A stretch of DNA of 64,000 nucleotides. It comes from Candidatus Curtissbacteria bacterium. GTDB taxonomy: Bacteria > Patescibacteriota > Microgenomatia > Curtissbacterales > GWA2-41-24. Positions within the stretch are counted from its first letter, which is position 1. Every line of letters starts with the position of its first letter. The notes beneath the pieces were generated by a model that had not been told where the DNA came from, searched no databases, and saw only the letters and a program-made list of their open reading frames with translations. The stretch is from the NCBI GenBank assembly GCA_024654445.1, contig JANLHP010000022.1, forward strand, positions 15,332 to 79,331. Direction: 5' to 3'. A program made the translations under genes and the position numbers. Below are positions 1 to 10,192 of the stretch, piece by piece.

Positions 1-1
1 A

Positions 2-1039
2 ATCTCTACAAAATCCAAATTTAAATCAGGTATTTCTATTAGGATAGAAGGCGTTTCATCTTATCTCAAGTCTCAAGGAATACAAACTGTAATTGTCGAC
101 AAAATAAGGACGCCTAGAAAAGCAGATTATACGTACTTGTTGGTAAGTACCAAAAAAGACTCTATTAGCTACTCCGCGGCTCGTAACATTGAAGACAAAA
201 GTAAGGTGATCGTCGATCTTTACACTCCGCTAATCTTAGAAAAAGAGTTAACCTTTTCAAAATACAAACCTTTTGATTGGGTTAAAAAAAATAGCCAAAA
301 AGACAATATTAAACTAATACTTTCAAAAGGGTCTCATTTTTTCGTTGCAAACAAACGACAAAAGGAATATTGGTTAACTTTTTCCGAACAAGAAAGTTTG
401 AACTTAACCAACAGACAGATCTCAGTTATCCCTACGGGTTATTCACAAAAAAGTATTAAACCCTCACCCCAAAAGAAAATTCTCTGGTTCGGAGGAATTT
501 ACCCTTGGATGAATCCTTATCCTTTAATTGAAGCATTCAAAAAAATAACGGACAGCGATCAAGAGTGGAAGTTAAAAATTCTAGGAGGCTTTCATCCAGA
601 AACTGGTTATCAAAAGATATACAAAGACGTAACTTCAAAATTAAAAACAATCCCTAAAAACCGTCTAGAAATTCTTCCTTGGCTTCCTGCAAAAGACCTT
701 AACAAGAATCTCGCAGATGTTTCTTTCTGTGTTAACCTAGTAAAGGAGTCGAAAGAGGATTTCTACTCGCATCGCGTCAGGCTCCTTACAGTTCTTAACG
801 CTGGAATACCAATATTGACGAATGGTAAAGATACGATAAGTGACCTTGCTGTTGAAAAACTAGCAGGGGAGAAAGTGCATGCTAGAGTCAATGAACTCTA
901 CGAAAAAATGAGTAGTCTAATCAACAATAAGAGACTGGTCAAAAAAATGCGAGACAATGCCCTGAAAGTCCAAAATGATTTTATTAAGGAAAATTTATCA
1001 GATAAAAATTTTAAATCATTTGTCAAAAAAAGTGCCTGA
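2..1039 (+). CDS. GT-B (GT4-like) glycosyltransferase, 5'-truncated at the window edge. The reading frame is open from position 2, and the ORF-track start at 137 is only the first TTG.
   Basis: C-terminal GT4-type motif region (ILWFGGIYPWMNPYPLIEAF...). There is no in-frame stop between position 2 and 137, so the N-terminal domain lies upstream of the window. Confidence 0.5.
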   Translation: MSTKSKFKSGISIRIEGVSSYLKSQGIQTVIVDKIRTPRKADYTYLLVSTKKDSISYSAARNIEDKSKVIVDLYTPLILEKELTFSKYKPFDWVKKNSQKDNIKLILSKGSHFFVANKRQKEYWLTFSEQESLNLTNRQISVIPTGYSQKSIKPSPQKKILWFGGIYPWMNPYPLIEAFKKITDSDQEWKLKILGGFHPETGYQKIYKDVTSKLKTIPKNRLEILPWLPAKDLNKNLADVSFCVNLVKESKEDFYSHRVRLLTVLNAGIPILTNGKDTISDLAVEKLAGEKVHARVNELYEKMSSLINNKRLVKKMRDNALKVQNDFIKENLSDKNFKSFVKKSA

Positions 1040-2621
1040 GGTTTCTAAAGAAAACCTTATTATCTTAACATTCGGGCTTCTAATTGGCTTCGTAGTCTCG
1101 CTCCCCCACATTTTAGGCAGTATTGATAATAAAGGAGCTTATCAGCCCTTTTCCGTCAATTCTGCGGTTTCCTACTCCAAAGAGGAAGCCTATACTTATG
1201 CTGCCCAAGTACAGCACCTTGTCAAAGGTTATTTGATTGGAGACCCATATATATGGGAATACAGAAACGGGCTCTCTCCCTATCTTGGAGAACTAGGTAG
1301 TATTGTTCCTGTATCCATCCTCTCAATACTTTTATCTAGCGTCCCCAAGGGATTTATGGCATCAGACTTTGTCTTTCCGTTTACTCTTTTCTTATTAATC
1401 TCGAAAAATTTAAAAAATTTAGGATTTAATTTAAGTTTCACCCTTTTTGCCGCAAGCGCAGTTCTAGTAATCCCCTTTTTGTCTGTGCTGATACCGAAAA
1501 TCACAAGTTATGGAACTGTTTTAACCGGGATAGAAAATGGGCCGTTGCTCTTTACGAGAACACCTCACCCACAAATATCTGATGTTTACCTTTTTTGCGC
1601 CATCTTCACGTCAATTTGGTTTTTGAAGTCAAAAAATCCCAAAAGAGTAATAATTCTACCAATAATCCTTGGGCTCTCGCTTTACTCTTCTGTCTATGTC
1701 GCATCAACAATTATCTTAGCATCGCTGATCATCGCACCTTTTGCCGCAAAAAACTTGGACAAAAAGCAAATAACAAAAATCTTAATTATTGGGGCGATAG
1801 TTTCGCTGCCTCTGCTTTTAAATTTTTACCTGACACGGGAAATTCTCTCGAAGGAGTTCATTCTACGGTTTTCTCAAGAAAAAAATTTTCTCTTCCCAAT
1901 CCAAATTAGGTACCTTTTAATTGCATTCCTTCTGTATAAATTTAGGCCTCGCGACCCCATCTACAAAGTTTTATTTATATATGTAGTTTGCGCTGCAGTT
2001 CTTATTGATTTTCACCAAATTATTCTCGGAAGAGATTTACAAGGAGACCACTGGATAACAAGAGTTATAGCTCCTTTGGCTACGCTCTCTCTTTTATTAA
2101 TCACCTATACTTTTTTCAAAAAGGCAAATTACCGACTTTGGACTTTGGCTACGCTCTCGATTTTAATTTTTGGCTTTTACGTCCAGAATAACTGGTATCA
2201 GAACAACAAAAGTTATTTAACGCAAGACACCAGAACTGCGTCATTGATAATGCAAATAAACACAATGGGCAACAATTACGTAGTGGGCACTTTGAACACC
2301 AGCCTAGGAGACGAAATTAGAGCAACTACGGGAATCTGGACTTATCTTTCACCCGGGGATAGGTCTTATATAAGTACCGCAGAACAAATCCAGAGAGCTT
2401 GCGACCTTTTAGTTTTACAAAAGGGTACATCAACTCTAGAAGAAGCAAACGAAGCGCTACTATATGAGTTAGGTCTCGAGGCTAAGAATAAAAAAACTGT
2501 GGAAAAAGTGCAAAGAGAATTATCGCAGTGTGCACAAAAAAACAATACAACGCCCTCCTTTAAACTAGACTACTTAATAGTCGAAAGCGAAAATGGAGAG
2601 TACTCCTTAAAAAAGATCTAG
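975..2621 (+). CDS. Polytopic integral membrane protein with a C-terminal soluble domain; putative GT-C-type glycosyltransferase or polymerase. The start is uncertain (ATG at 975 or GTG at 1032).
   Basis: Ten or more predicted hydrophobic helices followed by a roughly 150 aa hydrophilic tail. It sits next to other GT-C-like genes. Confidence 0.4.
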   Translation: MILLRKIYQIKILNHLSKKVPEVSKENLIILTFGLLIGFVVSLPHILGSIDNKGAYQPFSVNSAVSYSKEEAYTYAAQVQHLVKGYLIGDPYIWEYRNGLSPYLGELGSIVPVSILSILLSSVPKGFMASDFVFPFTLFLLISKNLKNLGFNLSFTLFAASAVLVIPFLSVLIPKITSYGTVLTGIENGPLLFTRTPHPQISDVYLFCAIFTSIWFLKSKNPKRVIILPIILGLSLYSSVYVASTIILASLIIAPFAAKNLDKKQITKILIIGAIVSLPLLLNFYLTREILSKEFILRFSQEKNFLFPIQIRYLLIAFLLYKFRPRDPIYKVLFIYVVCAAVLIDFHQIILGRDLQGDHWITRVIAPLATLSLLLITYTFFKKANYRLWTLATLSILIFGFYVQNNWYQNNKSYLTQDTRTASLIMQINTMGNNYVVGTLNTSLGDEIRATTGIWTYLSPGDRSYISTAEQIQRACDLLVLQKGTSTLEEANEALLYELGLEAKNKKTVEKVQRELSQCAQKNNTTPSFKLDYLIVESENGEYSLKKI

Positions 2622-2622
2622 A

Positions 2623-4119
2623 ATGACAAAGATCGTAAAGATTCAACTCATTTTATTCTCAGCGTTATTGATATTATGGAATATTTTTACACCTATTCTA
2701 GAAGGCGCCGATGAATCCGGACATTTTTGTCACGCTGACTATATTGCGCATAAAGGGAAAATTCCTAACATTAAAATCCAAGACGGTTGCTATCTTTGGC
2801 ACCCACCATTCTATTATTCAATGTTGGCACCAATCATAAAAGTGTTTGGCTTGCCAGAGTATCCCCAAAGCCAATTAGAGATGAATCCCAACTTCAACTT
2901 ACTTAGAAAAGGAGAGTATTCTCAGTTTGTACACACTAAGGAAGAATTGATGCTTGGCTGGGGACGCCTCGAATTCTTAGTCCATACTTTAAGATTATTT
3001 TCTGTACTTTGCGCCATTGGCATCTTTTTGATTGCAGTTCAATTATTAAAATTCACCTTGAAAAACGAAAGCCAAAGAACCCTAAGCCTACTCTTTCTTT
3101 TCAACCCCATGTTTATTCATATTTTTACCACGCTTACAAACGTAACCCTATTAAGTTTTATTTCCGCACTTTTTCTTTTTATTGAATTAAAATACTTCAA
3201 AAGCTTAAAACCTGCAAAAATTCACGTCCTTCAAGGCTTTTTACTGGGTATCGGATTTTTAACTAAAATAACCTTCGTTGCAGCCGGAGCGTTCTATTTA
3301 AGTGTTGCTTTGTTAAAATTAAGAAACAGACCTGAAAGCCTTAGAAGAAGTGCAATAGAAATATTAATCTTTATATCGACTTTCATGATCGTCACTGGAT
3401 GGTACTTGGCAAGAGCTCTCACTCTTTATGACACGCCTCTGGAAATTAACGCGCTCACTCAAGCGCAAGGAGGAGACCACCATTTAGATCTTCTAGAAAA
3501 TATTGGCCCTTTAAATTATTGGAATAGTTTTGCCTTAACACTGTTTAGAACTTTTTGGTCTGGGTATGGAGCGCTGACAGTACGCTTTCCTGAAATATTA
3601 AATTTAGTTTTACTTATCAGCGTTATGCTCGTAATAATAGCAGCAATTAAAAAATGGAAAAGAACAAATGCTTACTTCAAATTGTCAGCACTTTACTTAG
3701 CGGTAACTTTCATAACTCTAATCATCGGAAATTTCACACTATCTGCAATGCATGCAAAGGATCTATTCCCCGCGTACTTACCAATCTCTTTCTTATTCGC
3801 TTATGGGGCGAGCAATTTGACAAAAGTATTTAAAAAAAACGGAAAAATGATTTTTTTGGGAATTCCCGTAGCGATCTATTTTTTTGCACAAAACGAAGTT
3901 GTTGGAATTCTAAAATTACTGTTCTTCCAAGAATCTCAAGGGGCTTACTTAAAACCTCTAATTGTTAAGGTGACGACTGTTCTAGCTCTGTATGGTCTTA
4001 TTTATCAAGGGCTAAAAAAATTAAAGATAAATAACAGGTGGCATATCAAAATTACGTTTACTTTATTTGTCGCCAATATTGTAATTCTAGCAATTTCCAC
4101 CTACTTATTTTACAGCTGA
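2623..4119 (+). CDS. Polytopic membrane protein, DUF2142/GT-C-like putative glycosyltransferase.
   Basis: An acidic DE-x-x-H motif in the first extracytoplasmic loop (ADESGHFCHADYIAH) and many TM helices. It is a paralog of the ORF at 58124..59707 (PDEQAHF). Confidence 0.45.
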   Translation: MTKIVKIQLILFSALLILWNIFTPILEGADESGHFCHADYIAHKGKIPNIKIQDGCYLWHPPFYYSMLAPIIKVFGLPEYPQSQLEMNPNFNLLRKGEYSQFVHTKEELMLGWGRLEFLVHTLRLFSVLCAIGIFLIAVQLLKFTLKNESQRTLSLLFLFNPMFIHIFTTLTNVTLLSFISALFLFIELKYFKSLKPAKIHVLQGFLLGIGFLTKITFVAAGAFYLSVALLKLRNRPESLRRSAIEILIFISTFMIVTGWYLARALTLYDTPLEINALTQAQGGDHHLDLLENIGPLNYWNSFALTLFRTFWSGYGALTVRFPEILNLVLLISVMLVIIAAIKKWKRTNAYFKLSALYLAVTFITLIIGNFTLSAMHAKDLFPAYLPISFLFAYGASNLTKVFKKNGKMIFLGIPVAIYFFAQNEVVGILKLLFFQESQGAYLKPLIVKVTTVLALYGLIYQGLKKLKINNRWHIKITFTLFVANIVILAISTYLFYS

Positions 4120-5045
4120 GGTTTTTTAATAATGTATTCAAGTTTCATCGGAAGAATTCCGACTTCAGAAAACGCAGCGCGCAGCAGCTTCTTCGGTAAA
4201 GAAATTAAAACTAGCAGCAGTTGATTTTTAGACCTTTTTTGGTTCCAGTGCTTTTTAATTTGTCCTGACAAGTCACGGTTGGCCTCGACAGACGACCACT
4301 CAATTTCTAGCTTGTTTGCTCTGCACAACCTTTCAATTAGCCTGTTGTTTGTGTAATTAAGCGAGAAAACAAAGTCTTTTACTACGGAGTAGTCTCTTTC
4401 TCTTACCCAATTAACCTTTCTAATATTTAAAAACTTCAACGCAAAAAGTGCCCACAGCGAAAAAACCCTCTTTGGCATTAAAGGAAAGTATGGTAAATGA
4501 TAATGTTGTTCTACAGGGAAAAAATAATTAGGACAACTCAAATATATAAATCCGCCAGGTTTTAATATTCTCGCAAGTTCCTTCAGAGACTTCTCCGGAT
4601 CTTGAACATGCTCCAAGACCTGAGAAAAGACGCATAGATCAACGACCCCACTTTTTAGAGGTATCTTTTCAGCGGTGCCATCAATTACTTTTAACCGCCC
4701 CTTTTTCTTTCGAAGCTTATTGTAATAGTACTTAATAATTTTTCTATCTTTAGTGCTTGGCTCTATCGCAACGACCTCAAATCCAAGCGATACTAAATTC
4801 AAAGAAAATTGCCCATATCCGGCCCCAATGTCTGCAATCAATCCCGGAGTTTTGTTCGTATTAGATAATATGTGCCTAACAGTCCTTGCCGTCAGCTTAA
4901 AGGACTCCGCGAAAAACTTTTCCAAAGACTCGGTCGACCCATTCCAATATTTGTTATTTAATTCAACCCATAGCTTATCTTTGTCTTCGGCCTTCGAATA
5001 CATTAAGTCGACCGGAAGATTTTTGCGTCGAGTATCAGAAGTCAT
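4110..5045 (-). CDS. Class I SAM-dependent methyltransferase.
   Basis: Motif I DIGAGYG, motif post-I VVAIEPS and motif II LKPGGFIYLS, as in the Methyltransf_11/12 family. Confidence 0.8.
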   Translation of the reverse strand: MTSDTRRKNLPVDLMYSKAEDKDKLWVELNNKYWNGSTESLEKFFAESFKLTARTVRHILSNTNKTPGLIADIGAGYGQFSLNLVSLGFEVVAIEPSTKDRKIIKYYYNKLRKKKGRLKVIDGTAEKIPLKSGVVDLCVFSQVLEHVQDPEKSLKELARILKPGGFIYLSCPNYFFPVEQHYHLPYFPLMPKRVFSLWALFALKFLNIRKVNWVRERDYSVVKDFVFSLNYTNNRLIERLCRANKLEIEWSSVEANRDLSGQIKKHWNQKRSKNQLLLVLISLPKKLLRAAFSEVGILPMKLEYIIKKPQL

Positions 5046-5068
5046 ATTTACTTAAATAAATTATTCAT

Positions 5069-5210
5069 GGACTAAAGCCCATGATTAGGCCCGGAATCAC
5101 ATTTAGTTACATAAATATGACGAGGACCGCATGGCACTGTAGGTTTTGACATTCGCTTAAAGAATCACTCTCAGCCTCAACTTGAAAGCTGGGGCTTCTC
5201 GCTCACAATA
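5069..5210 (+). repeat. Intergenic repeat element, copy A (forward). Its 3' part overlaps the C-terminal codons of the ORF 5177..6709.
   Basis: Shares ggactaaag..ttaggcccgga..GACGAGGACCGCAyGGCAyTGTA..ttttgaYATTCGCT..ctcgctcaYaata with copies at 17461, 35631 and 63582. Confidence 0.8.
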
Positions 5211-6709
5211 ACCTTGTTTATAAATTTGTCGATCTCCATAAAAGATTTGATGCCAAAAGCAGAAACATAATGATTCGAAAATTTATTTTGATAAAATCTC
5301 TGCCTTTTTAGTTTATTTTTGTCGTATAAAATCTTTTTAATGCCAACATCAATATCTTCAAGCTGATCAAATTTTATGTTTATCGAGCTCTTACTTTTAA
5401 CAAAAGGATCCCCGAATTTTCCAGACAGAAATGAATTATCGAAGTAGAGTGTTGGCTTATTTTTCAAAATTGCAATCAGACCCGCAGTTGTCGCGCCTGT
5501 TATTACAACGTCACTCTTATTAATAACATTTTCTACCTTACTTGAATTATCCACCTTTACATTTGCGGGAAGTTCCAGATCGTCAAGGTCGTCCCTTAAA
5601 GAATAAGAAGGGTGGTTTCTCAGAATAATTCTAAATCCCGAATCTAATTTTGAAAGCCCTTTAACTAGCTTTTCAATCGATTGTTTATTCGAGTACCTTA
5701 AAAAAAGAGACAAAGTTCCAAAAATAGGTGCCCATAAAACTAAAACGTTTATGATCTTTTTTTCTTTCAAGTTAACATGATTAATGTGTTTCGGCCTTTT
5801 ATAATACGGACAGCCGGCTATATATGCATTTTTAGGGTGGATCATTTTCGCCAGTCTGCCCCATACCAAATAATAATCAGAAAAGTAAAAATCAGATTCA
5901 ATTATTTCCCAGGTCGCTATTCCATGTTGAATTTCAGCAACCTTTATTCCAAATGACTTCGCCATTAAAGCAAAAGCTGAGCCAAATGTATCATTGCTCG
6001 TTGAAGTTAAAATAACTTGAGGTTTCGCTCGTAAATAAAGATAAAAGGCAAAATTTAAAAAAGAAACAATTTCAGGAAACAAAAAAAGCCTTAAATACCA
6101 TAATCTGAGCGTCCAGGGTCGACCGGCAAGAAGTGCATTCTCATTTTCTACCCGCCATCTTCTAAAGACAAAAAAAGATAAGGCTTTCAACCGCTCGCGT
6201 CGTGATTGGTACCTTTGAGTGTTGGTGAGATTTAAAAATGAAATATTGATACTTTTCAGATATTTTTGATCAACCTCTGTTATTTTCCCGACGACTAAAA
6301 CCTTCCTCCTCTTTGAGAGGTACTTAATGAGTGGCAAAAGACCACTTAGGTGCCTGCCGCTAGCCACTATTAAAACCTCAGATGCCACATGTGGCCATTT
6401 AATTTTTGCCCTTGGCGCCACAATCAATTTAAGAAGGTGAGTAAGCTTTGATGCATATTTAAGTGCCTTTCGGCCGGGACTTAAGGAGTAAGCAAACGTT
6501 TGTGGGTATTGTCCCCAAACGTCATCTATAGGCTGCTTTTGTAAAAGCGACGAAAAAAAATGATGCTGAGAGAAAGCCTGAATTTTTTCCAGTGATATGC
6601 CATAAAACTTATAATTATTATTCGGATAATACTTGGAGATCCAGTTTTTCGACAAATCAACTGAATAGTCGTACAAGTTTTTTGACTTATTAAATGAGGA
6701 AGCAATCAC
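5177..6709 (-). CDS. GT-B-like protein with an HP motif; putative CMP-ulosonic-acid (sialyl/Kdo-type) transferase. A TagF-like glycerophosphotransferase is the alternative.
   Basis: It carries an RNHPSY (HP) motif and a GCPYY motif, and is paralogous to 15055..16371 (RPHPW, GTPRFE). It lies between a methyltransferase and the nonulosonate synthase operon. Confidence 0.35.
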   Translation of the reverse strand: MIASSFNKSKNLYDYSVDLSKNWISKYYPNNNYKFYGISLEKIQAFSQHHFFSSLLQKQPIDDVWGQYPQTFAYSLSPGRKALKYASKLTHLLKLIVAPRAKIKWPHVASEVLIVASGRHLSGLLPLIKYLSKRRKVLVVGKITEVDQKYLKSINISFLNLTNTQRYQSRRERLKALSFFVFRRWRVENENALLAGRPWTLRLWYLRLFLFPEIVSFLNFAFYLYLRAKPQVILTSTSNDTFGSAFALMAKSFGIKVAEIQHGIATWEIIESDFYFSDYYLVWGRLAKMIHPKNAYIAGCPYYKRPKHINHVNLKEKKIINVLVLWAPIFGTLSLFLRYSNKQSIEKLVKGLSKLDSGFRIILRNHPSYSLRDDLDDLELPANVKVDNSSKVENVINKSDVVITGATTAGLIAILKNKPTLYFDNSFLSGKFGDPFVKSKSSINIKFDQLEDIDVGIKKILYDKNKLKRQRFYQNKFSNHYVSAFGIKSFMEIDKFINKVIVSEKPQLSS

Positions 6710-8250
6710 TTTTCTATTAGGTCCCAGGAAAGGGGGGTGCCGAGCTCTATATCGTAGAGTGCCCGACTGCCTATAATATCATCCCACTCTCGAGGAGGCA
6801 ATCCATTACTAGGTCTTACCGTTTTAATATTTCTTGAAGAGAATTTCTCACCCTTCTTAATATCCTTAGAGACAAAAATAGAAGGCCTAAACCGCATGTT
6901 ATATTCCTCGGCACTATTTAACGGGCCATATTTAACCTCGCCCTTCGCCCCTTCATTTCTTCTTATCTTTTTCACCATTTGCCCAAATTCTTCTGGCTCT
7001 AATGAAAATCTGGAGTCCGGCCCTCCGCGAGAGCGTTTTGTAATTAAATGCTTTTCAATGATTGAAGCACCCATAGTTGCCGCAATCGTTGGGGCTATGA
7101 TTCCCGCGTTGTTGTCGGAGAAACCGCTAACCACCCCAAACTTCTCCTGAAGGTCACCTATTGTCCTAAGATTCATGCTGGAAAGTAGGGGACTGGCAGA
7201 ATACTGAGTTACGCAATGCAAAAGAGCAATTTCACCAGAACCATATTTTTTTAACGTATCAACTGCAAGCTCAATTTCCCAAAGGGCCGCAAAACCAACA
7301 GACATAATGACGGGTTTTTTAGTTTGAGCAACCTTTCTTATTAAAGGAATGTCTACAACTTCATAAGAGGCGATCTTATAACAGGGAACCTTCAACTTTT
7401 CCAAAAAATCCACAGCGGTCTCGTCAAAGGGAGTTGAAAAAAAAATTAGGCCTAACTCTTCCGCAACTTTTTTGAGCTTAGTGTGCCACTCCCAGGGAGT
7501 ATAGGCAGTCTTATAAAGGTCGTAAAGCGTTTCATTCTTCCAAGCCTCAGGAGTCTTTTTGCCTCTGACAATAAACCATTCCTTATTCGACTTAAGTGTT
7601 ATTGTGTCAGGCGTGTACGTCTGAATCTTCACCGCGTCCGCTCCCGCTTCTGCGGCTGCTTTAATTAACCTTACAGCCTCCTCAAATTTTTGGTTATGAT
7701 TACCCGAAATTTCGGCAACGACAAAACAAGGGAATTGAGAACCAATACTCCTAGTTCCAAGTTTTATAAACGGTTTTTTAATATTTCCATATTTCTTTTT
7801 AAATAAAACCATTTCAATCGCCTTTTCTTTTTCCCTAGACTTCAGGCCCGTGCTCACAAAACCGGCGTCTAAAAAACTCTTTTTCGAGCTAATATTTATG
7901 GGCTTTATATATGCTCTGATTTCACGAAGAGCTGCGGAATTTTCAAAAGCATAATCACATGCTTTCTGAATTAAAACAGGACCGTATCCACGGCCGCGGT
8001 ACTTATTAACCAGAGAGATACTAATTTCGCCAACGTCTCTATTTAAATCAACTCTGACCTGACCGGCAGGAAGGCCGTCAACCTCCGCGACAAATAAGTA
8101 AGTATTTTTATCACCTAACTTACCCATAAACCACTTAGTGTGATCATCAAGCTTAACTGGGCTACTATTAAAGCTGTTTTCCTTGACAGTTGGATCATTC
8201 CTTAAGCTGTAAAAAAAGGCAAGATCAAATTTATTCGCTTTTCGCAGCAT
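6706..8250 (-). CDS. Fusion of a GNAT N-acetyltransferase and a NeuB-family nonulosonic acid synthase (PseH-PseI-like), with a C-terminal SAF domain. The ORF-track start at 8358 is probably too far upstream; the likely start is MLRKANKF.
   Basis: The N-terminus has GNAT motifs (RGRGYG). The middle section FVVAEISGNHNQKFEEA...AGADAVKIQTY is the NeuB/PseI TIM-barrel signature. The C-terminal SAF domain is present. Confidence 0.8.
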   Translation of the reverse strand: MLRKANKFDLAFFYSLRNDPTVKENSFNSSPVKLDDHTKWFMGKLGDKNTYLFVAEVDGLPAGQVRVDLNRDVGEISISLVNKYRGRGYGPVLIQKACDYAFENSAALREIRAYIKPINISSKKSFLDAGFVSTGLKSREKEKAIEMVLFKKKYGNIKKPFIKLGTRSIGSQFPCFVVAEISGNHNQKFEEAVRLIKAAAEAGADAVKIQTYTPDTITLKSNKEWFIVRGKKTPEAWKNETLYDLYKTAYTPWEWHTKLKKVAEELGLIFFSTPFDETAVDFLEKLKVPCYKIASYEVVDIPLIRKVAQTKKPVIMSVGFAALWEIELAVDTLKKYGSGEIALLHCVTQYSASPLLSSMNLRTIGDLQEKFGVVSGFSDNNAGIIAPTIAATMGASIIEKHLITKRSRGGPDSRFSLEPEEFGQMVKKIRRNEGAKGEVKYGPLNSAEEYNMRFRPSIFVSKDIKKGEKFSSRNIKTVRPSNGLPPREWDDIIGSRALYDIELGTPLSWDLIEK

Positions 8251-8260
8251 TAGCTTGCTG

Positions 8261-9388
8261 TCAATTTTTTTCTTCATCCCAAATATTATCTTTTTCCCAC
8301 TTCCCTTTGTTTTTTCTCCATACTCTCGCATCTCGAAATTGGTCAGCAGTTTTATCAAACTCTTTTTCCTTCATTCCGACATATTGCAACCATCGTTTGA
8401 GATCACGAGGTTTGACATGATCATATTTTCTTACCAAATCTATGGCTTTTTTTCTTGTAATATAACCGCTCCTTATATCTTTACATGCATGATCAGTAGC
8501 TCTTCCATAACCAAATTTGACAAACTTTAAATAGTCATGCACACCATTTTCATGCATGTCGTCAAGATTGGAAAATCTACGGTAAGTTCTGTCAAATGGC
8601 TTCTTAGATTGTTGCCAATTGTATAATCTTTGCATCAATTTGTATTGCTTATTTGCGTCCCAGTCAACGTAATTTCCTAAATATATACCTCTAACTTCAG
8701 ATTCCTCGAGTTCTTCTTCGGTCGGATATTTGGCCCAAAGCAAGTCTTGCTCCTTCAAACCTTCTTCACCTACCATATCGTACCAATCAAAGCCCCTTAA
8801 GGCGTGTTCAAACCTATACTTCGCTGTCATCTCGGGAAATTCATCTGCTCTATACATTCCCCCCAGGTCGGTATATCCATGTTCTCCCCAGACGATTAAC
8901 TTAATTTTAAATTTAACCGCAATTTGCACCGGATATGTAAAGATGCCGCAATGAGCATGCCAGTTCATGTCGCCCATCTTCTTGAAACAAATACGGTTCA
9001 GTTTAACCAAAACGTCAACATTAGGTTTGAATATGATGTGATCCACGTTAAACACATGATGCATACGATTCAAGTTATATTCTCCCTCAGGAAGATAATT
9101 ATTTCCGTGGTAAGTGACAAGAAGCGGTTTTAATTTTAATACCTTTGTAACATAGTGAGTTTGAAAGTAACTATCTTTCCCTCCGGAAACGGGAATAATG
9201 CAATCATAATTTGAGCCGTTAGAAACACGAGAGTCTTCTGCTAAACTCTCAAGTAATTTAGCCCTTTTTCTCCAATTAATTTTTTTCCGTGCTTCTGAAA
9301 CTCGGCAACCAGAACAAACTCCGTCATTGTCGAAAGTTAATTTAACAGCAGAGGAAATTGGGTAAACACATTTAGTACAGTACTGCAT
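8261..9388 (-). CDS. N-acetyl sugar amidotransferase (PseA/WbuX/LpsA family, PP-loop ATP pyrophosphatase).
   Basis: PP-loop SGGKDS and an N-terminal CxxC...C zinc-ribbon-like start (MQYCTKCVYP...GVCSGC). It is adjacent to HisH/HisF paralogs. Confidence 0.85.
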   Translation of the reverse strand: MQYCTKCVYPISSAVKLTFDNDGVCSGCRVSEARKKINWRKRAKLLESLAEDSRVSNGSNYDCIIPVSGGKDSYFQTHYVTKVLKLKPLLVTYHGNNYLPEGEYNLNRMHHVFNVDHIIFKPNVDVLVKLNRICFKKMGDMNWHAHCGIFTYPVQIAVKFKIKLIVWGEHGYTDLGGMYRADEFPEMTAKYRFEHALRGFDWYDMVGEEGLKEQDLLWAKYPTEEELEESEVRGIYLGNYVDWDANKQYKLMQRLYNWQQSKKPFDRTYRRFSNLDDMHENGVHDYLKFVKFGYGRATDHACKDIRSGYITRKKAIDLVRKYDHVKPRDLKRWLQYVGMKEKEFDKTADQFRDARVWRKNKGKWEKDNIWDEEKN

Positions 9389-9397
9389 AACTTATGT

Positions 9398-10192
9398 CTA
9401 AAACCTAACGTCCAGCCCAGCATCTACCATGAATTTTTTAGCGTGCCTTGTCGATTGCTCTGTGAAGTGAAAAATATTAGCTGCAGACACAGCACTCGCA
9501 CCGCCAATTTTTATACCGTCTACTAGATTTTGCCAGTTTCCAACGCCCCCGCAAGCAATCACAGGAACGTTAACTTTATTCGTAATTTGTTTTAAAAGAG
9601 GTAGATCATAACCCTTTAGAGTCCCATCTCTATCGATAGAATTCAAGAATATCTCGCCAGCTCCTAGTCTTTCTGCCCTTATCGCCCAAGACTTTGGGTC
9701 CAGACCGGTTGCTTCTGTGCCGTGATTTATAAAAACCTCATATTTATCCTTGCCAATAGTCTTCGCGTCAATAGAAACTACAACCGCTTGACTGCCAAAT
9801 AGCCTAGCCGCTTCGGTAATTAAAGAAGGATTTCTAACAGCCATAGTGTTGATAATAATTTTATCAACACCACTTTTAAATAAAATATGCATATCGTCAA
9901 CAGACTTGATACCTCCGCCCGCCGCCAGGGGAACGAAACAGGTTTTCGCGCACTCTTTTATAATTTCTACAAAATCCTCAAGCATCTTAAAGTTATAGTC
10001 AGTCCTAATCAACTTTTGATATTCCTTTGTTTTACTGATGTCCAAAAAAATTATTTCATCGACGGACCAAGCATTGAAGTATTGAATCGCAACCTTTGGA
10101 TTGCCGACGATCTGGTATTCAGAAAACTTCAGGCTCTTAACAAGCTGCCCATTCTGGAGAAGTAAGCATGGAGCGAGTCTCTTTTTAAGCAT
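9398..10192 (-). CDS. Imidazole glycerol phosphate synthase cyclase-subunit paralog (HisF-like, WbuZ-type).
   Basis: HisF (beta/alpha)8 signatures (LDISKT..., GGGIKS, ACGGVG). No other his genes are present, and it is coupled to the amidotransferase. Confidence 0.85.
   Translation of the reverse strand: MLKKRLAPCLLLQNGQLVKSLKFSEYQIVGNPKVAIQYFNAWSVDEIIFLDISKTKEYQKLIRTDYNFKMLEDFVEIIKECAKTCFVPLAAGGGIKSVDDMHILFKSGVDKIIINTMAVRNPSLITEAARLFGSQAVVVSIDAKTIGKDKYEVFINHGTEATGLDPKSWAIRAERLGAGEIFLNSIDRDGTLKGYDLPLLKQITNKVNVPVIACGGVGNWQNLVDGIKIGGASAVSAANIFHFTEQSTRHAKKFMVDAGLDVRF

Noticed and set aside
1280-1504. Many short antisense or embedded ORFs in the six-frame track (e.g. 1280..1504, 1595..1909, 6896..7150, 8190..8530, 12089..12550, 25607..26071, 33198..33737, 38688..39104, 50896..51354).
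   Set aside because: They lie entirely inside, and antisense or out of frame to, long well-supported CDSs with clear domain signatures. They have no recognisable motifs and low-complexity composition, so they are most likely spurious.
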